Shown here: piece after piece, positions 1 through 17,859 of the stretch
How positions within the stretch are numbered: position 1 is the first letter of the stretch
Layout of the letters: each line of letters begins with the position of its first letter
Source: Octopus vulgaris
Lineage: Eukaryota
DNA: 64,000 bases
Assembly (NCBI GenBank): GCA_951406725.2
Contig: OX597840.1
Location: 5,518,001-5,582,000 of the forward strand
Direction: 5' to 3'
The notes under the pieces: model-generated
What the model saw: the letters and a program-made list of their open reading frames with translations, nothing else
What the model was told of the DNA's origin: nothing
The model's database searches: none
Made by a program: the position numbers and the translations under genes

Positions 1-1000
<1,000 letters not shown>

Positions 1001-1005
1001 ACCAG

Positions 1006-1136
1006 GATCTCTGCAGACAGAAGATGCAGAGCAAATCTTCTGAGAAGCCGGAACCTCTCCACGCTGCCACTCGTATTGCCAGTGTTTCTGAGGCGCAGGT
1101 GCGTAGTCCTTCCAGTAGAAGCAGTACATCTTCATG
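1006..1136 (+). CDS. PTPRN2: Internal coding exon of an IA-2/phogrin-type receptor tyrosine phosphatase (juxtamembrane cytoplasmic region)
   Basis: cag| acceptor at 1003-1005 after a pyrimidine-rich stretch, and TG|gtaagt donor at 1137. Translates DLCRQKMQSKSSEKPEPLHAATRIASVSEAQVRSPSSRSSTSS+TG, matching the recalled IA-2 family pattern (E/D)LCRQxM...RIxSVS...SPSxRSSxSSW. Invertebrates have a single PTPRN/PTPRN2 co-orthologue, so the symbol is approximate. Confidence 0.93.
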
Positions 1137-1454
1137 GTAAGTGCCTCTTTTGCTCCTCTCTCTCATTGTGCCTCTTTAGCTCCCCTCCTTTCTCCATTGT
1201 GCCACCTTTCCTATCTGGAATTTCTTTCCTCTCTTTTTTCTTTTCCTTTTTTTTGCAGTTGTTCACTTCCTGCTTTTTGCCATTTTGAGTATTTTTTCTG
1301 TGAGGGGTAGGGTGGGGGGGCAGTTGTGGTTTTGGGGTTGTTTTGGGGTTTTTCTTTTGTATATTGTTGTTGTTGTTGGTCTGTGTTTATTTTTGTTTCT
1401 TGTTTTTTTTTCCTTCATTTAAAAAAAAAATTTTGTTTTAATTTTTGACTTGAT

Positions 1455-1992
1455 GGTTCTTGTGGTGGTGGCGCTGGTTGTGGTGGTGTTTGTAATGGTA
1501 GTAGTTGTGGTGTTCGTAGTGGTTGTAATGGTGGTGATGGTTATGATGGTAGTTGTGGTTGTTATGGAGCTAGTTGTAGTGGTGGTAGAGGTGGCAATTG
1601 TTAAGGTGGTGCTGTAATTGTTACGGTGTTGTTGTGGCTGGAGGTTCTGGTGGTGGTGGTAGTGGTCGACATGGTGATTGTTATGGCTCTGGTTGTAGTG
1701 GTGATAGTGCTTGTTGTGGTTTTGGTGGTGGTAGTTTTGGTAGTTGCAAGGGTGGTTGTTGTGATAGGTTTTCTTGGTGGTGAAGCTGATAGTTGTGGTT
1801 GTGGTTATGGTGGATATTGTGGTGGTGGTAGTGGTCGACATGGTGATTGTTATGGCTCTGGTTGTAGTGGTGATAGTGCTTGTTGTGGTGATGGTGGCAA
1901 TGGTGGTGGTTGTGTTGGTGCTGTTGATGACAATAAAATGTCATTGAAGTTGGTGATTATGACACTTATGATGATGATAATTATGTTGATGT

Positions 1993-2023
<31 letters not shown>

Positions 2024-2120
2024 GGTGGTGGTGGTGGTAGTGGTGGTAGTGGAGGAGAATGGCAATGGCAAATGTGATGATGATGATGATAACAATAAAC
2101 AATGATAGCAACAATGATGA
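1455..2120. repeat. Degenerate (GGT/GAT)n low-complexity tract with an internal duplication
   Basis: Trinucleotide repeats; the block gtagtggtcgacatggtgattgttatggctctgg occurs at about 1659 and 1828. Confidence 0.9.
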
Positions 2121-2335
2121 TCTTGAAAGGAAAATGTACAATTTGACCTTGGTAGAATTTGAACCCAGAAGTTCAAGGACCTAAAGTAATACTACAGGGT
2201 ATTTTGTCTGATGGATAAATGAGAAGCCAAGTTGACCTTGGCAGAGTTTGAACTCAAAATGGAAAATTGGACAAAATGCCACTAAGTATTTTCTCCGGCA
2301 TGCTAACGGTTCTGCCAACTTGCTGCATTACTTTA

Positions 2336-2373
<38 letters not shown>

Positions 2374-2410
2374 TGATGATGATGATAAAAATAATACTTA
2401 TAATAATAAT

Positions 2411-2950
2411 AATTGCCCTGATGCAGTACCAGGCAGTGGCTCTCATCTCTTCTGATCTTAACTGATTGGAAGTGTCATCGTGTACATTGTTTTGTCTTGG
2501 TATAAAAGATGGGCTACAGCAAATATTCTGCTCAATACCACAGATTTGCTTGTCAGTTGTTTGACCTTAACCAGTTGAGCATGTCCCTTAGTGGCTGACA
2601 ATATGTGCATCTCTAATAATGAGCAGAAGTAGTGGTAGAGTATCATAGCCGTGTGTTGAGAGGGATTCTTTGGGGTTTGAATAATGGTTCGTTCAACATT
2701 CTTAACCAACCCTTATTCAGGGACCTTTTGAGAGTGATGGCTTACTCAACCTGAAGAAAATTCTAACTGGGCCCCACCTGCAAGGTCATGTGCTGTTTAT
2801 CTTTATATGAGATCACCATGTCACGCACATATGGTTGTGATGCATGTGCCTGGTGTACCCTTATCAGACAGGTAATCATGATGGGTATACTGGGATTCGT
2901 ATATTTTACCCCAGTGTCACTTTGATGGCATGCACTGCTCTCTCACTCAG
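2411..2950 (+). mobile_element. ~540-bp (TAA)n-embedded retroposon ('family C'), copy 1
   Basis: Near-identical to 5478-6027, 6081-6593, 35519-35780 and 63600-64000(-). Copies share the 3' end ...ctctctcactca(ATA)n and have variable 5' ends. Confidence 0.85.
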
Positions 2951-2961
2951 TAATAATAATG

Positions 2962-3014
<53 letters not shown>

Positions 3015-3018
<4 letters not shown>

Positions 3019-4086
3019 TGAAATGGAAGGATACAAATACCTTGGTGTACTAGAGTTTAATGAGATAATGGAAAAGGAAATGGAAGAGCAACTGGGGATG
3101 GAATATTTCCAAAGACTGAGGTTGGTGTTGTGCTCAGAATTGACTGGATTGAATAAAATCCAAGCAGTTAATATGTGTGTGATAGCATCACTTCAGTATG
3201 GAGTGGCAAAAGAAAGAAGTGAAGAAAATGGATACCAAGACCAGAAAAATGTTGACAGTACATGGAGCCTTCTACCCTAAGAGTGACACCAATAGACTGT
3301 ACTTGTCCAAAAGAAAGGGTGGGAGAGTTTTGATCAGTTGCCAGGACTATTGAAGTAGAGGAAAACAGCTTAGGGTGGTACATAAAAAATACCATGGAGC
3401 CACTGTTCAAACATGACAAATGCAGGAATGTGTGGTGAGAGCGGTAAAATGGTATGGCACATCGTTAGCGAATCCCCGAAATTGGCACAACAAGAATTCA
3501 AAAGATGCCATGACAACGTGGCAAGAATGATCCATTGGGAGCTCTGTGGAAATCATGGCAGACAAAGAGCAAAGATGTGGTATGAGCGAACTCCAGAAGG
3601 GGTCACCGAAAATGAGAATTGCAAAATCCTGTGGGATGCAATGATCCAGTGTGATCACCTGACCAGACATAGGAATCTGTACATTGTTGTGGTGAATAAA
3701 AAAGAAAGAACTTGTATGATAATCGACATAGTATGCCCCGGTGACAACAGGATCAAAATGAAAGAAGAAAAAACAAACAATTACGACGATTTCAAGTGGG
3801 AAATACGAAGGTTGTGGTCAATGAGGAGAGTAGATGTGATACCAATAGTAATTGGGGCACTTGGAAGTATCAGCACTCAACTACCAATACGGCTGAAAAA
3901 GATTGGTGCAAGTGTGAAGGTAGAACACCTACAAATATCAGCATTGCTTGGAACTGCAAGAATTCTTTGCAGGGTTATTGAAGCATGACCAGTAAACGAG
4001 TGTCACATTAGTCTGCTGGCTGTGGACAGTTGTCACTTTCCATCATACCCAGCAAAACAAGGTGTGAGTTTTTATAAAATAATAAT
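3015..4086 (+). mobile_element. Degraded R4/Dong-clade non-LTR retrotransposon, 3' part
   Basis: YKYLG RT motif, degenerate zinc knuckle, RCHDNV, KILWD, IIDIVCP and VIPIVIGALG...LLGTARIL restriction-like endonuclease C-terminus. Contains stops and deletions and is flanked by (TAA)n. Confidence 0.88.
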
Positions 4087-5100
4087 ATCCTGAGAGAAAT
4101 GATTGTAAAATCCTGTGGGATGCAATGATTTGATTGCAAAATTTTGTGGGATGCAATAATTTGATAGGGAAATCGTGTGGGATACAAAGATTTGATTAGA
4201 AAATCTGTGGATGAAATGATCCAATTGCAAAATCCTGTGGGATGCAATGATTTGATTGCAAAATTTTGTGGGATGCAACAATTTGATTGGGAAATCTTGT
4301 GGGATACAAAGATTTGATTACAAAATCTGTGGATGCAATGATCCAATTGCAAAATCCTGTGGGATGCAATGATTTGATTGCAAAATTTTGTGTGATGCAA
4401 CAATTTGATTGGGAAATCTTGTGGGATACAAAGATTTGATTACAAAATCCGTGGATGCAATGATCCAATTGCAAAATCCTGTGGGATGCAATGATTTGAT
4501 TGCAAAATTTTGTGGGATGCAACAATCTGATTGGGAAATCTTGTGGGATACAAAGATTTGATTACAAAATCTGTGGATGCAATGATCCAATTGCAAAATC
4601 CTGTGGGATGCAATGACTTGATTACAAAATCTTGTGGGATGCAATGATTCGATTGGAAAATCCTGTGGGACGTAATGATTCAGTACAACCATCAGATAAG
4701 ACATCTGACATTATTGTAGTGAACAAAAAAGAAAAATCTTGCAGGATAATTGACATAGCCATGCTCCGGTGATAACAGGATCAAAGAGGAGGAAGAAAAA
4801 TGAATAACTGTAATGAATTGAAGTGGGCAATGAAGAGGACGGGCGTGATACGAATAGTGATTGGCGTGCTGGGAAAGTATCAGCTCTCAAATACCAACAT
4901 AGTTAAAAGAAAAACCCAAAAAACTGGTACAAATATAAAAATAGAACGCCTGCAAAAATCCTCATTGCTTGGAACTGCAAGAGTTCTCCACATGCTTCTT
5001 GAAGCATGATCACTAAGCAAATGTCACCTTAGTCTGCAGGCTCTGGACAGCTGACACTTTCCATCATACGCAACAAAATAAGCTGAGAGTTTTCATCAAA
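4087..5100 (+). mobile_element. Second R4/Dong 3' fragment containing a locally amplified satellite
   Basis: Ends ...LQKSSLLGTARVLHMLLEA with the same short 3' UTR as the upstream copy, followed by (TAA)n. Confidence 0.82.
4105..4685 (+). repeat. Minisatellite of ~31-bp monomers organised as a 122-bp higher-order repeat
   Basis: Monomer aaaatcctgtgggatgcaatgatttgattgc; four variants (31+31+31+29) recur with a 122-bp period. Confidence 0.9.
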
Positions 5101-5153
5101 TAATAATAATAATAATAAAAGTAATGTTAATAATAATTATAATGATGATGATG

Positions 5154-5205
<52 letters not shown>

Positions 5206-5480
5206 TAATAATGATAATAATAATGATAATAATGATAATAATAATGATAATAATGATAATAATAATAATACTAATGAAAATAATGTTAATAATAATAATA
5301 ATGATGATGATAATAATAATAATAATAATAATGATAATAATGATAATAATGATAATAATGATAATAATAATGATAATAATGATAATAATAATGATAATAA
5401 TGATAATAATAATAATACTAATGAAAATAATGATAATAATAATAATAATGATAATGATGATAATAATAATAATAATAATG
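5098..5480. repeat. Long (TAA/TGA)n array
   Basis: Directly visible. Confidence 0.97.
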
Positions 5481-6025
5481 CAGTACCAGGCAGTGGCTCT
5501 CATGGCTTCTGATCTTAACTGATTGGAAGTGTTATCATGTACATTGTTTTGTCTTGGTATAAAAGATGGGCTACAGCAAATATTCTGCTCAATACCACAG
5601 ATTTGCTTGTCAGTTGTTTGACCTTAACCAGTTGAGCATGTCCCTTAGTGGCTGACGATATGTGCATCTCTGATCACGAGCAGAAGTAGTGGGGGAGCAT
5701 CATAGCCATGTGTTGAGGGTGATTCTTTGGTGTTTGAATAGTTCACCTCTGGAAACATGGGTGGTTCTTTCAATATCCTTAAACAACCCTTATTCAGGGA
5801 CCTTTTGAGCGGGATGGGCTACTCAACCTGAAGAAAATTCTAACTGGGCCCCACCTGCAAGGTCATGTGCTGTTTATCTTGATATGAGATCACCATGTCG
5901 CGCACATATGGTTGTGATGCATGTGCCTGGTGTACCTTTATCAGACGGGTAGTCATGATGGGTATATTGGGCTTCGTATATTTTACCCCAATGTCACTTT
6001 GATGGCATGAACTGCTCTCTCACTC

Positions 6026-6027
<2 letters not shown>
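5478..6027 (+). mobile_element. Family C retroposon, copy 2
   Basis: Aligns by eye with 2411-2950; (TAA)n on both sides. Confidence 0.85.
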
Positions 6028-6069
<42 letters not shown>

Positions 6070-6080
6070 AAATAATAATA

Positions 6081-6593
6081 AAACTGATTGGAAGTGTTAT
6101 CATGTACATTGTTTTGTCTTAGTATAAAAGATGGGTTACAGCAAATATTCTGCTCAAAACCACAGATTTGCTTGTCAGTTGTTTGACCTTAACCAGTTGA
6201 CCATGTCCCTTAGTGGCTGACGATATGTGCATCTCTGATCACGAGCAGAAGTAGTGGGGGAGCATCATACCCGTGTGTTGAGAAGAATTTGTTGGGGTTT
6301 GGATAATTCACCTTTGGAAATACGGGTGGTTCGTTCAACATCCTTAACCAACCCTTATTCAGGGACTCTTTGAGTGGGACGGACTACTCGACCTGAAGAA
6401 AATTCTAACTGGGCCCCACCTGCAAAATCATGTGCTGTTTATCTTGATATGAGATCACCATGTTGCGCACATTTGGTTGTGATGCATGTGCCTGGTGTAC
6501 CTTTATCAGACGGGTAGTCATGATGGGTATATTGAGCTTCATATATTTGTACCCCAGAGTCACTTTGATGGCATGCACTGGTCTCTCACTCAG
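6081..6593 (+). mobile_element. Family C retroposon, copy 3 (5'-truncated)
   Basis: Same sequence starting further downstream; (TAA)n on both sides. Confidence 0.85.
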
Positions 6594-7019
6594 CAATAAT
6601 AATAATAATAATAATGATAATAATAATAATAATAATGGTTTTAAGTTTTGACACAATGCCAGCAATTTTGAGGGAGGAGCTAAGTCGATTACATCAACCC
6701 TAGGGTTCAACTGGTACTTGTTTTATCAACCCTGAAATGAGGAAAGCCAGTCAACCTTGGTGGAATTTGAACACAAAACGTAAAGACAACTGAAATACTG
6801 TTAAGCATTTTTACCGACATTACTTGACTGTTCATTGCTGTTTAACCCTAGGTCAAAACTGATTAAAAAAAACAAAACTCAAAATACATCTGATCAAAAT
6901 GATTCCAGCTATGACCTTCTCCCTATACTGCATTTTTTATTCAGGCTATGTGTATCCAAGGCTACATTATCCAATGTGTCTTTTTTTGAAAGTGAGTTGA
7001 TTGTAACTGTTGTTTCTAG

Positions 7020-9255
7020 AAGATGGTGGTGCTGGTGCTAGTAGTGGTGATGATGGTGATGATGATTGCATTGGTAGTGGTGGTGGTTGTTGTTGGTGAT
7101 GGTGGTGGTGGTGGTGATGGTGGTGGTGGTGGTTGTTGTTGATGGTGTTGGTGGTGATGGTAGTGGTGGTGGTGATGGTGATGGTGGTGGTGATGTTGAT
7201 GATGGTGTTGTTGTTGGTGGTGGTGGTGATGGTAGTGGTGGTGGCGTTGGTGATGGTGGAGTAATGTTGATTATGGTGTTGATGGTAGTGGTGGTGGTGA
7301 TGGTGATGATGGTGTTGTTATTGGTGGTGGTAGTGGTGTTATTGGTGGTGGTGATGGTAGTGGTGGTGGTGATGGTGGTGGTGATGTTGATGATGGTGTT
7401 GTTATTGGTGGTGGTGGTGTTGGTGGTGGTGGTGTTGGTGGTGGTGGTGGTGGTGGTGGTGGTGGTGGTGGTGGTGGTGGTGGTGGTGGTGATGTTGATG
7501 ATGGTGTTGTTGGTGGTGGTGGTGATGGTGTTGGTGGTGATGGTAGTGGTGGTGGTGTTGGTGGTGGCGTTCGTGATGGTGGTGGTGATGGGGTAGGGTT
7601 CTTAGGTAGATTGCATGACGTGTAAAGTATCATTAAAGGGGTGAGGCATAGGAGAGAGAGGGAGAGTGGGGGAGCAGCTTAGTGCAGCATGGTGCAGGAT
7701 GGTGCAGAGGGGCACTGAATGCAGCACAGGGCGGCACAAGGTGGCACATGGGGTTTAGTGTTAGAGGGGGTAAGCTAAAATTGAAACTGATTTTTTCACA
7801 TTACAACCCATATAAAGTGTGAAGAAAAGGAGGAGGAGGTGGTGGTGCAGAGTGGCAGTGATGACGATGATGATGATGGTGGTGATGGTGATGGTGTTTA
7901 GTGGCAGTGGTGGTGGTAGTGGTAGTGGTAGTGGTGATGGCAGTGATGGTGGTTGTGGTGCTGGCGATGGTGGTGATGGTGGTAGTGGTGGTGGTATTGG
8001 TTGGTGGTGGTGGTGGTGGTGGTGGTTGTGATGGTTGGTGTGATGGTGGTGATTGGTTTTGGTGGTGCTTGGTGGTAGTGGTGGTTGTGATGGTTGTGGT
8101 GATGGTGTGATGGTGGTGATTGGTTGTGGTGGTGGTGGTTGGTGGTGGTGGTGGTTGGTGGTGGTGGTGGTGGTGATGATGGTGGTAGTGGCAGTGGTGG
8201 TGGTGGTGGTCGTGGTTGTTGTGGTTAGCAGCATTTTAGGGTAGCGTGGTTGAAACATTGTACAGGAGGAGAAAGAGGAGGAGGAGGAGGGGGAAGAGAA
8301 TGTCAAATTCTCTTGTAATGTGAGGGGAGTGTGTGTGTGTGTGTGTGCATGTGTGTGTGGGTGTGTGGGGGGTGTGCGTGGAAGGGGTTGGGGAGAGGCA
8401 GGGATGAGGCAGAGGATGTGCAAACAAATTCTCTCATTTCTGCAAGAACAAAATCCAAGAATCCATTCCATTCCGTCTCCTCTGATCCCCCCACACACAC
8501 ACACACACCCCAGCACCCAAAGTCCTCCCCATACACCTTTCTCCAAACACCTCACCCCACCACACTCATCACCACCATCGCCACCACCACCACCAACACC
8601 ACTCTAAACAGAGACAGAAAAGGCAAAAAAAAAATACAAATGAAAGACACACACACACATACACACAGACATATACATGTGCACACATACATGCATATAC
8701 ACACACTTGGACTTACACACATACATACACACACATGCACACACGTATATACCTGTCCACCTACCTACCTCATCTCTGACTAGTGCCGACACAGAGATTT
8801 CTCTTTGGTTTGTCTTAAGAATGGTATTGCCATCATCATCATCATCATCATTGTCATCATCATCATCATCGTCGTCGTCGTCATCATTGTCATCATCATC
8901 ATCATCGTCATCATCCTCATCATTATCATCATCATCATCATCATTGTCATCATCATCATCATCGTCGTCGTCGTCATCATTGTCATCATCATCATCATCG
9001 TCATCATCCTCATCATTATCATCATCATCATCATCATCGTCATCATCATTGTCATCATCATCATCATTGTCATCATCATCATCCTCATCATTTCATCATC
9101 ATCATTATCATCGTCGTCATTGTCATCATCATCATCATCGTCATCTTCGTCGTCTGAATCCTTTATCTCTCTCTCTCCCTTCTCTCCGTGTAAATATATA
9201 TAAATGATAGATTTCTGAGTGTACATATGCGTATGTGTGTATGTATTCATGTATG

Positions 9256-9296
<41 letters not shown>

Positions 9297-9380
9297 ATTT
9301 GTGTGTGTGATACATATATATATATATATATTTATACATACACACACACACACACATACACACACACACATATATATATA
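7020..9380. repeat. (GGT/GAT), (CAT) and (CA/TG) low-complexity tracts with short unique islands
   Basis: Simple repeats directly visible. Confidence 0.9.
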
Positions 9381-9383
9381 TAT

Positions 9384-9781
9384 CTTTTACTTGTTTCAGT
9401 CATTAGACTACGGCCATGCTGGGGCACTGCCTTGAATTTTTAGTTGAATGAATCGACCCCAGTACTTATTTTTAAAGCCTGGTACTTATTCTATCAGTCT
9501 CTTTTGCTGAACCGCTAAGATACAGGGACACAAACGTACCAACGCTGGTTGTCAAATGATGGTGGTGGGACAAACACAAACACAAAGATAAACACATAAA
9601 CACATCATATACATGTATATATATACATATACGACAGGCTACATTCAGTTTTCATTTTTGAAAGGCTTTGGTGAGCTTGAAGCTATATCGAAAGATACTT
9701 GCCCAAGGTGTCATGCAGTGTGACTGAACACAGAACCATGGAGTTGAGAAGCAAGCTTCTTACCACACAGCCACACCTGTG

Positions 9782-9784
<3 letters not shown>
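9384..9784 (-). mobile_element. tRNA-derived SINE 'family A' (diverged copy)
   Basis: Reverse complement of the family A body: head with A/B-box-like motifs, central microsatellite and ...gactgaaacaagtaaaag tail. Confidence 0.85.
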
Positions 9785-9819
<35 letters not shown>

Positions 9820-10265
9820 AGAAATATGTTACGTAAAGAAAATATAGAATATAAAATACACATGGAAATGTAAGGGTAAAATATGAAAAATCAACGAAAA
9901 TGCATATTGCAAATAGAAAAAGGCTATTTATAACAGGTAACAACAAATATATACATTTAGATTGACTGAGGTAGTAATACGAGTCATAAAGGTTATTATT
10001 ATGAGATGATTAAAAGGTGATAATAAAGTAAGAGAACAAATATATATATATATATATAATTTTATTTATTATGGAATAAAAATTCCAGCATAACAGGGGT
10101 TCAAATTATTCTCAATGAAGAAATATATATTTTTTTTTTATTTAGAGATAGTACTATTTTATAACTTGGCTACACGTGTTTCATGAGGTACATGTAGCCA
10201 ACACATGTAGCCAAGTTATAAGATAGTAGGTATTTAAAATAAAAATTCTTTTTTATATGGTGAGA

Positions 10266-10592
10266 TGCCCAAGGTGCCACGCAGTGGGACTGAACCCAGA
10301 ACCATGTGGTTCATAAACAAGCTACTTACCACACAGCCACTCCTACGCCTTAAAGAAGCCCGTCGTATATGTGTATATGTATATATATATGTGTTTGTGT
10401 GTCTGTGTTTGTCCCCCCAACATCACTTGACAACCGATGCTGGTGTATTTCTGTCCCCGTAACTTAACGGTTCGGCAAAAGAGACCGATAGAATAAGTAC
10501 TAGGCTTACAAAGAATAAGTCCTGGGGTCGATTTGCACGACTAAAGGCGGTACTCCGACATGGCCACAGTCAAATGACTGAAACAAGTAAAA
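10266..10592. mobile_element. SINE family A with inverted 5' head
   Basis: 10266-10349 is the reverse complement of the head; 10351-10592 is the forward 3' body. Confidence 0.8.
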
Positions 10593-11479
10593 TAGTAGTA
10601 GTATAGTTATTTACAGCATCTAACTGTTAAATAAAATTATGGATGTGAAAAATCTCTGTTCTTATTATTAATACTATAAATATATGTATGGTGTGTGTGT
10701 GTGTGTGTGTATGTATGTATCACACATCTGCTGAAAACTATGTCCAATGAAGAATTCATGTATTAATCTCTTAAATTCTCATTGAAATGACATCTAACAA
10801 GAACATAAAAGAAAAGCAACTCCATTAGTTTTGTCTCTTGTTTTACCAATTCTGTCTTGGATATCCTTCCTTATTCTTTGTCTTCTTTTTCCTTTCTAAT
10901 TCTATTTTCATTCTTCCTTTCATTTCTCATTCTTAAATTCTTTCATTTTTATTGGTTTTTCCTTCTGTTGTTTCCATTTTTTTTTCTCAGCAGGGGATGA
11001 GTAGTCATTGTTCTATGTTCCTTATTCCTTCATTCTTTTGGTTTTCATTTTCCATTCCTTAATTCTACCATTTAAACCTTTGAATTAATCAGCGTTTTTC
11101 TCTTCTTGAATTCTTCATTTTTCATTCTCCTATTCTTGTGTCTTCAATCCTTCATTCCTTATTCCTTAATACTTCAGTTTTTGAGTCTGTAATTCTTTCA
11201 GTTTCCATCCCTCGATTCTACCATTATATATTCTTCATATCTTCATTTGCTTTTCTTGAAGTCATCATTTCTCATTCTCTAATTCTTCATTATTCTTCAG
11301 TTCCCATCATTTTTATTCCTCAAGTCTCAATCATACTTAAATTCTTCATTGCTCATTCTTTCAACCTTTATTCAATTCTTTCTTATTTTATTCTTCATTC
11401 TTCAGGACTTTGTAATTCCTTCTTTAATTTTATTTTTATTCTTCAATGTATAATTCTATTTTTTCAATTTTTTCCATTC

Positions 11480-11965
11480 TTCAATATTATTTAAATATTA
11501 TTCTTCAATTTCCCAATTCTTTATTTGCCATTTTCTAATTTTTTATTTCTATTCTTCAAATCTTCAATTCTTTGTTCTTAAATTCTCCAACTATATTCTG
11601 AAGTTTTTCTTTTTCCACTCTTCATTCTCAAATTCTGCAACTTTTATTCTTCAATTTTCATTCCCCATTTTTCATATTCTTCAACATTTATTCTTCAATT
11701 TTTCACTTCTTCATTCTCAAATTCTTCAAATTTTATTCTTCCAATTCTCATGCTGAAGTTTTTCAACTTTATTCTGTAGTCCTTCAATTCTTCAAATCTT
11801 CAATTCTTCCTTCTCAAATTCTTCACTTTTATTCTTCAATTCTTCATTCTCAAATTTTACAACATTGCCATTCTTGAAATCTTCAGTTCTTCCTTATCAA
11901 ATTCTTCAACTTTTATTCTTACATTTTTCAAGTTTTGTTTCTCAAATCTTCAATTCTTCTCTCTT
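11480..11965. repeat. Degenerate TTCTTCAA-type satellite
   Basis: Recurrent ttcttcaa/attctcaaat motifs in a G-poor tract. Confidence 0.7.
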
Positions 11966-11970
11966 AAACT

Positions 11971-12530
11971 CTTTTACTTGTTTCAGTTATTTGATTGTGG
12001 CCATGCTGGAGCACTGCCTTTAGTCAAGCAAATCGACCCCAGGACTTATTCTTTGTAAGCCTAGTCTTATAAGCCTAGACTTTGTAAGCCTAGACTTATT
12101 CTATCAGTCTCTTTTGCCGAACTGCTAATTTATGGGGATGTAAACACACCAGCATCAGTTGTCAAGCGGTGTTGGGGGGACAAACACAGACACACAAACA
12201 TATACACACACACATACATATCATCATCATCATCATCATTTAACGTCCGTTTTCCATGCTAGTATGGGTTGGACGGTTTGACTAGGGTCTGGTAAGCCAT
12301 GGAGGCTGCACCAGGCTCTAGTCTGATTTGGCAGTGTTTCTACAGCTGGATGCCCTTCCTAATGCCAACCACTCTATGAGTGTAGTGGGTGTTTTTTATG
12401 TGCCACCAGCACAGGGGCCAGAACAGGCTGGCAAACGGCCACGATTGGTTGGTGCTTTTATGTGTCACCAACACGGACGCCAGCTAGGCGGCACTGGCAT
12501 CTGCCACTTTCGGATGGTGCTTTTTACGTG

Positions 12531-12593
<63 letters not shown>

Positions 12594-12848
12594 TATATAC
12601 ATGGCGTTGCCCCAGCATGCCCCAGCATGCCCCAGCATGGCCACAGCTCGTGAGCTGAAACTAGAATCAATCAATCAATCATACGACAGGCTTCTTTTAG
12701 TTTCCGTCTACTAAATTCACTCACAAGCTTTTGGTCGGCCCGAGATTATAGAAGAAGACACTCACCCAAGGTGCCATGCAATGGGACTGAACCCAGAACC
12801 ATGTGGTTGGTGAGCAAGCTACTTACCACAGAGCCACTCCTATGCCTC
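11971..12848 (-). mobile_element. SINE family A interrupted by a nested RTE 3'UTR (12221-12532), (TA)n and another short retroposon tail (12600-12680)
   Basis: The two halves of the SINE A consensus flank the inserts. Confidence 0.85.
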
Positions 12849-12947
12849 TTCGATATTTATTCATCTTTCCTTCCTTTTCCATTCCAAACTTCTTCCCCCA
12901 TTCTTTGAGTTTTCCTGTCTTTTACTTCGCATTCTTCCCAAAGACAG

Positions 12948-13019
12948 GAAGATGTTTGCAGAGTTGTTTAAATGTGGAGTAGGGGGGTGGATACCAACGG
13001 ACAGAACCAGGTGGATCAT
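12948..13019 (+). CDS. Candidate 72-nt symmetric (phase 2-2) cassette exon of the IA-2-like gene
   Basis: About 100-nt polypyrimidine tract, cag| acceptor and AT|gtgagt donor. Only the phase-compatible frame is open (KMFAELFKCGVGGWIPTDRTRWI); the other two frames contain stops. It is a unique-sequence island between repeats. Confidence 0.6.
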
Positions 13020-13099
13020 GTGAGTATATATGTGTACATGCATGTCCACACGGGTACAAAGGGGTGGGGCACAAGGGAAAGCTATTTGTCTTTTTTTGT

Positions 13100-17650
<4,551 letters not shown>

Positions 17651-17859
17651 GTAGACAGTTATGGACAAATGATTGAAGACAGAAGGTTGAAGATGGAAGT
17701 TGGAAGATTTAAACAACGTAGATGACAGATGATAAATGACCATCATGAAATGGAGACAGAAGATTAAAGGCAGAAGATTAAAGACATAAAACGAAATATA
17801 GAAGATTAAAAGCAAAAGACAATAGGAAACTAAAGTCAAATGATAGAAGACTAAAGGTA

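Noticed and set aside
1093-1104. Internal donor CAG|gtgcgt in the first exon
   Set aside because: It is phase 0, incompatible with the phase-2 downstream acceptor, and would remove the conserved SPSSRSS segment.
3023-5009. Functional retrotransposon or host nuclease gene
   Set aside because: Stops, frameshifts, missing RT core and loss of the PD catalytic motif.
7640-7776. Unique island ending in GGG|gtaagc
   Set aside because: The ATG-initiated frames I checked reach the donor in phase 0 or 1, and there is no acceptor tract.
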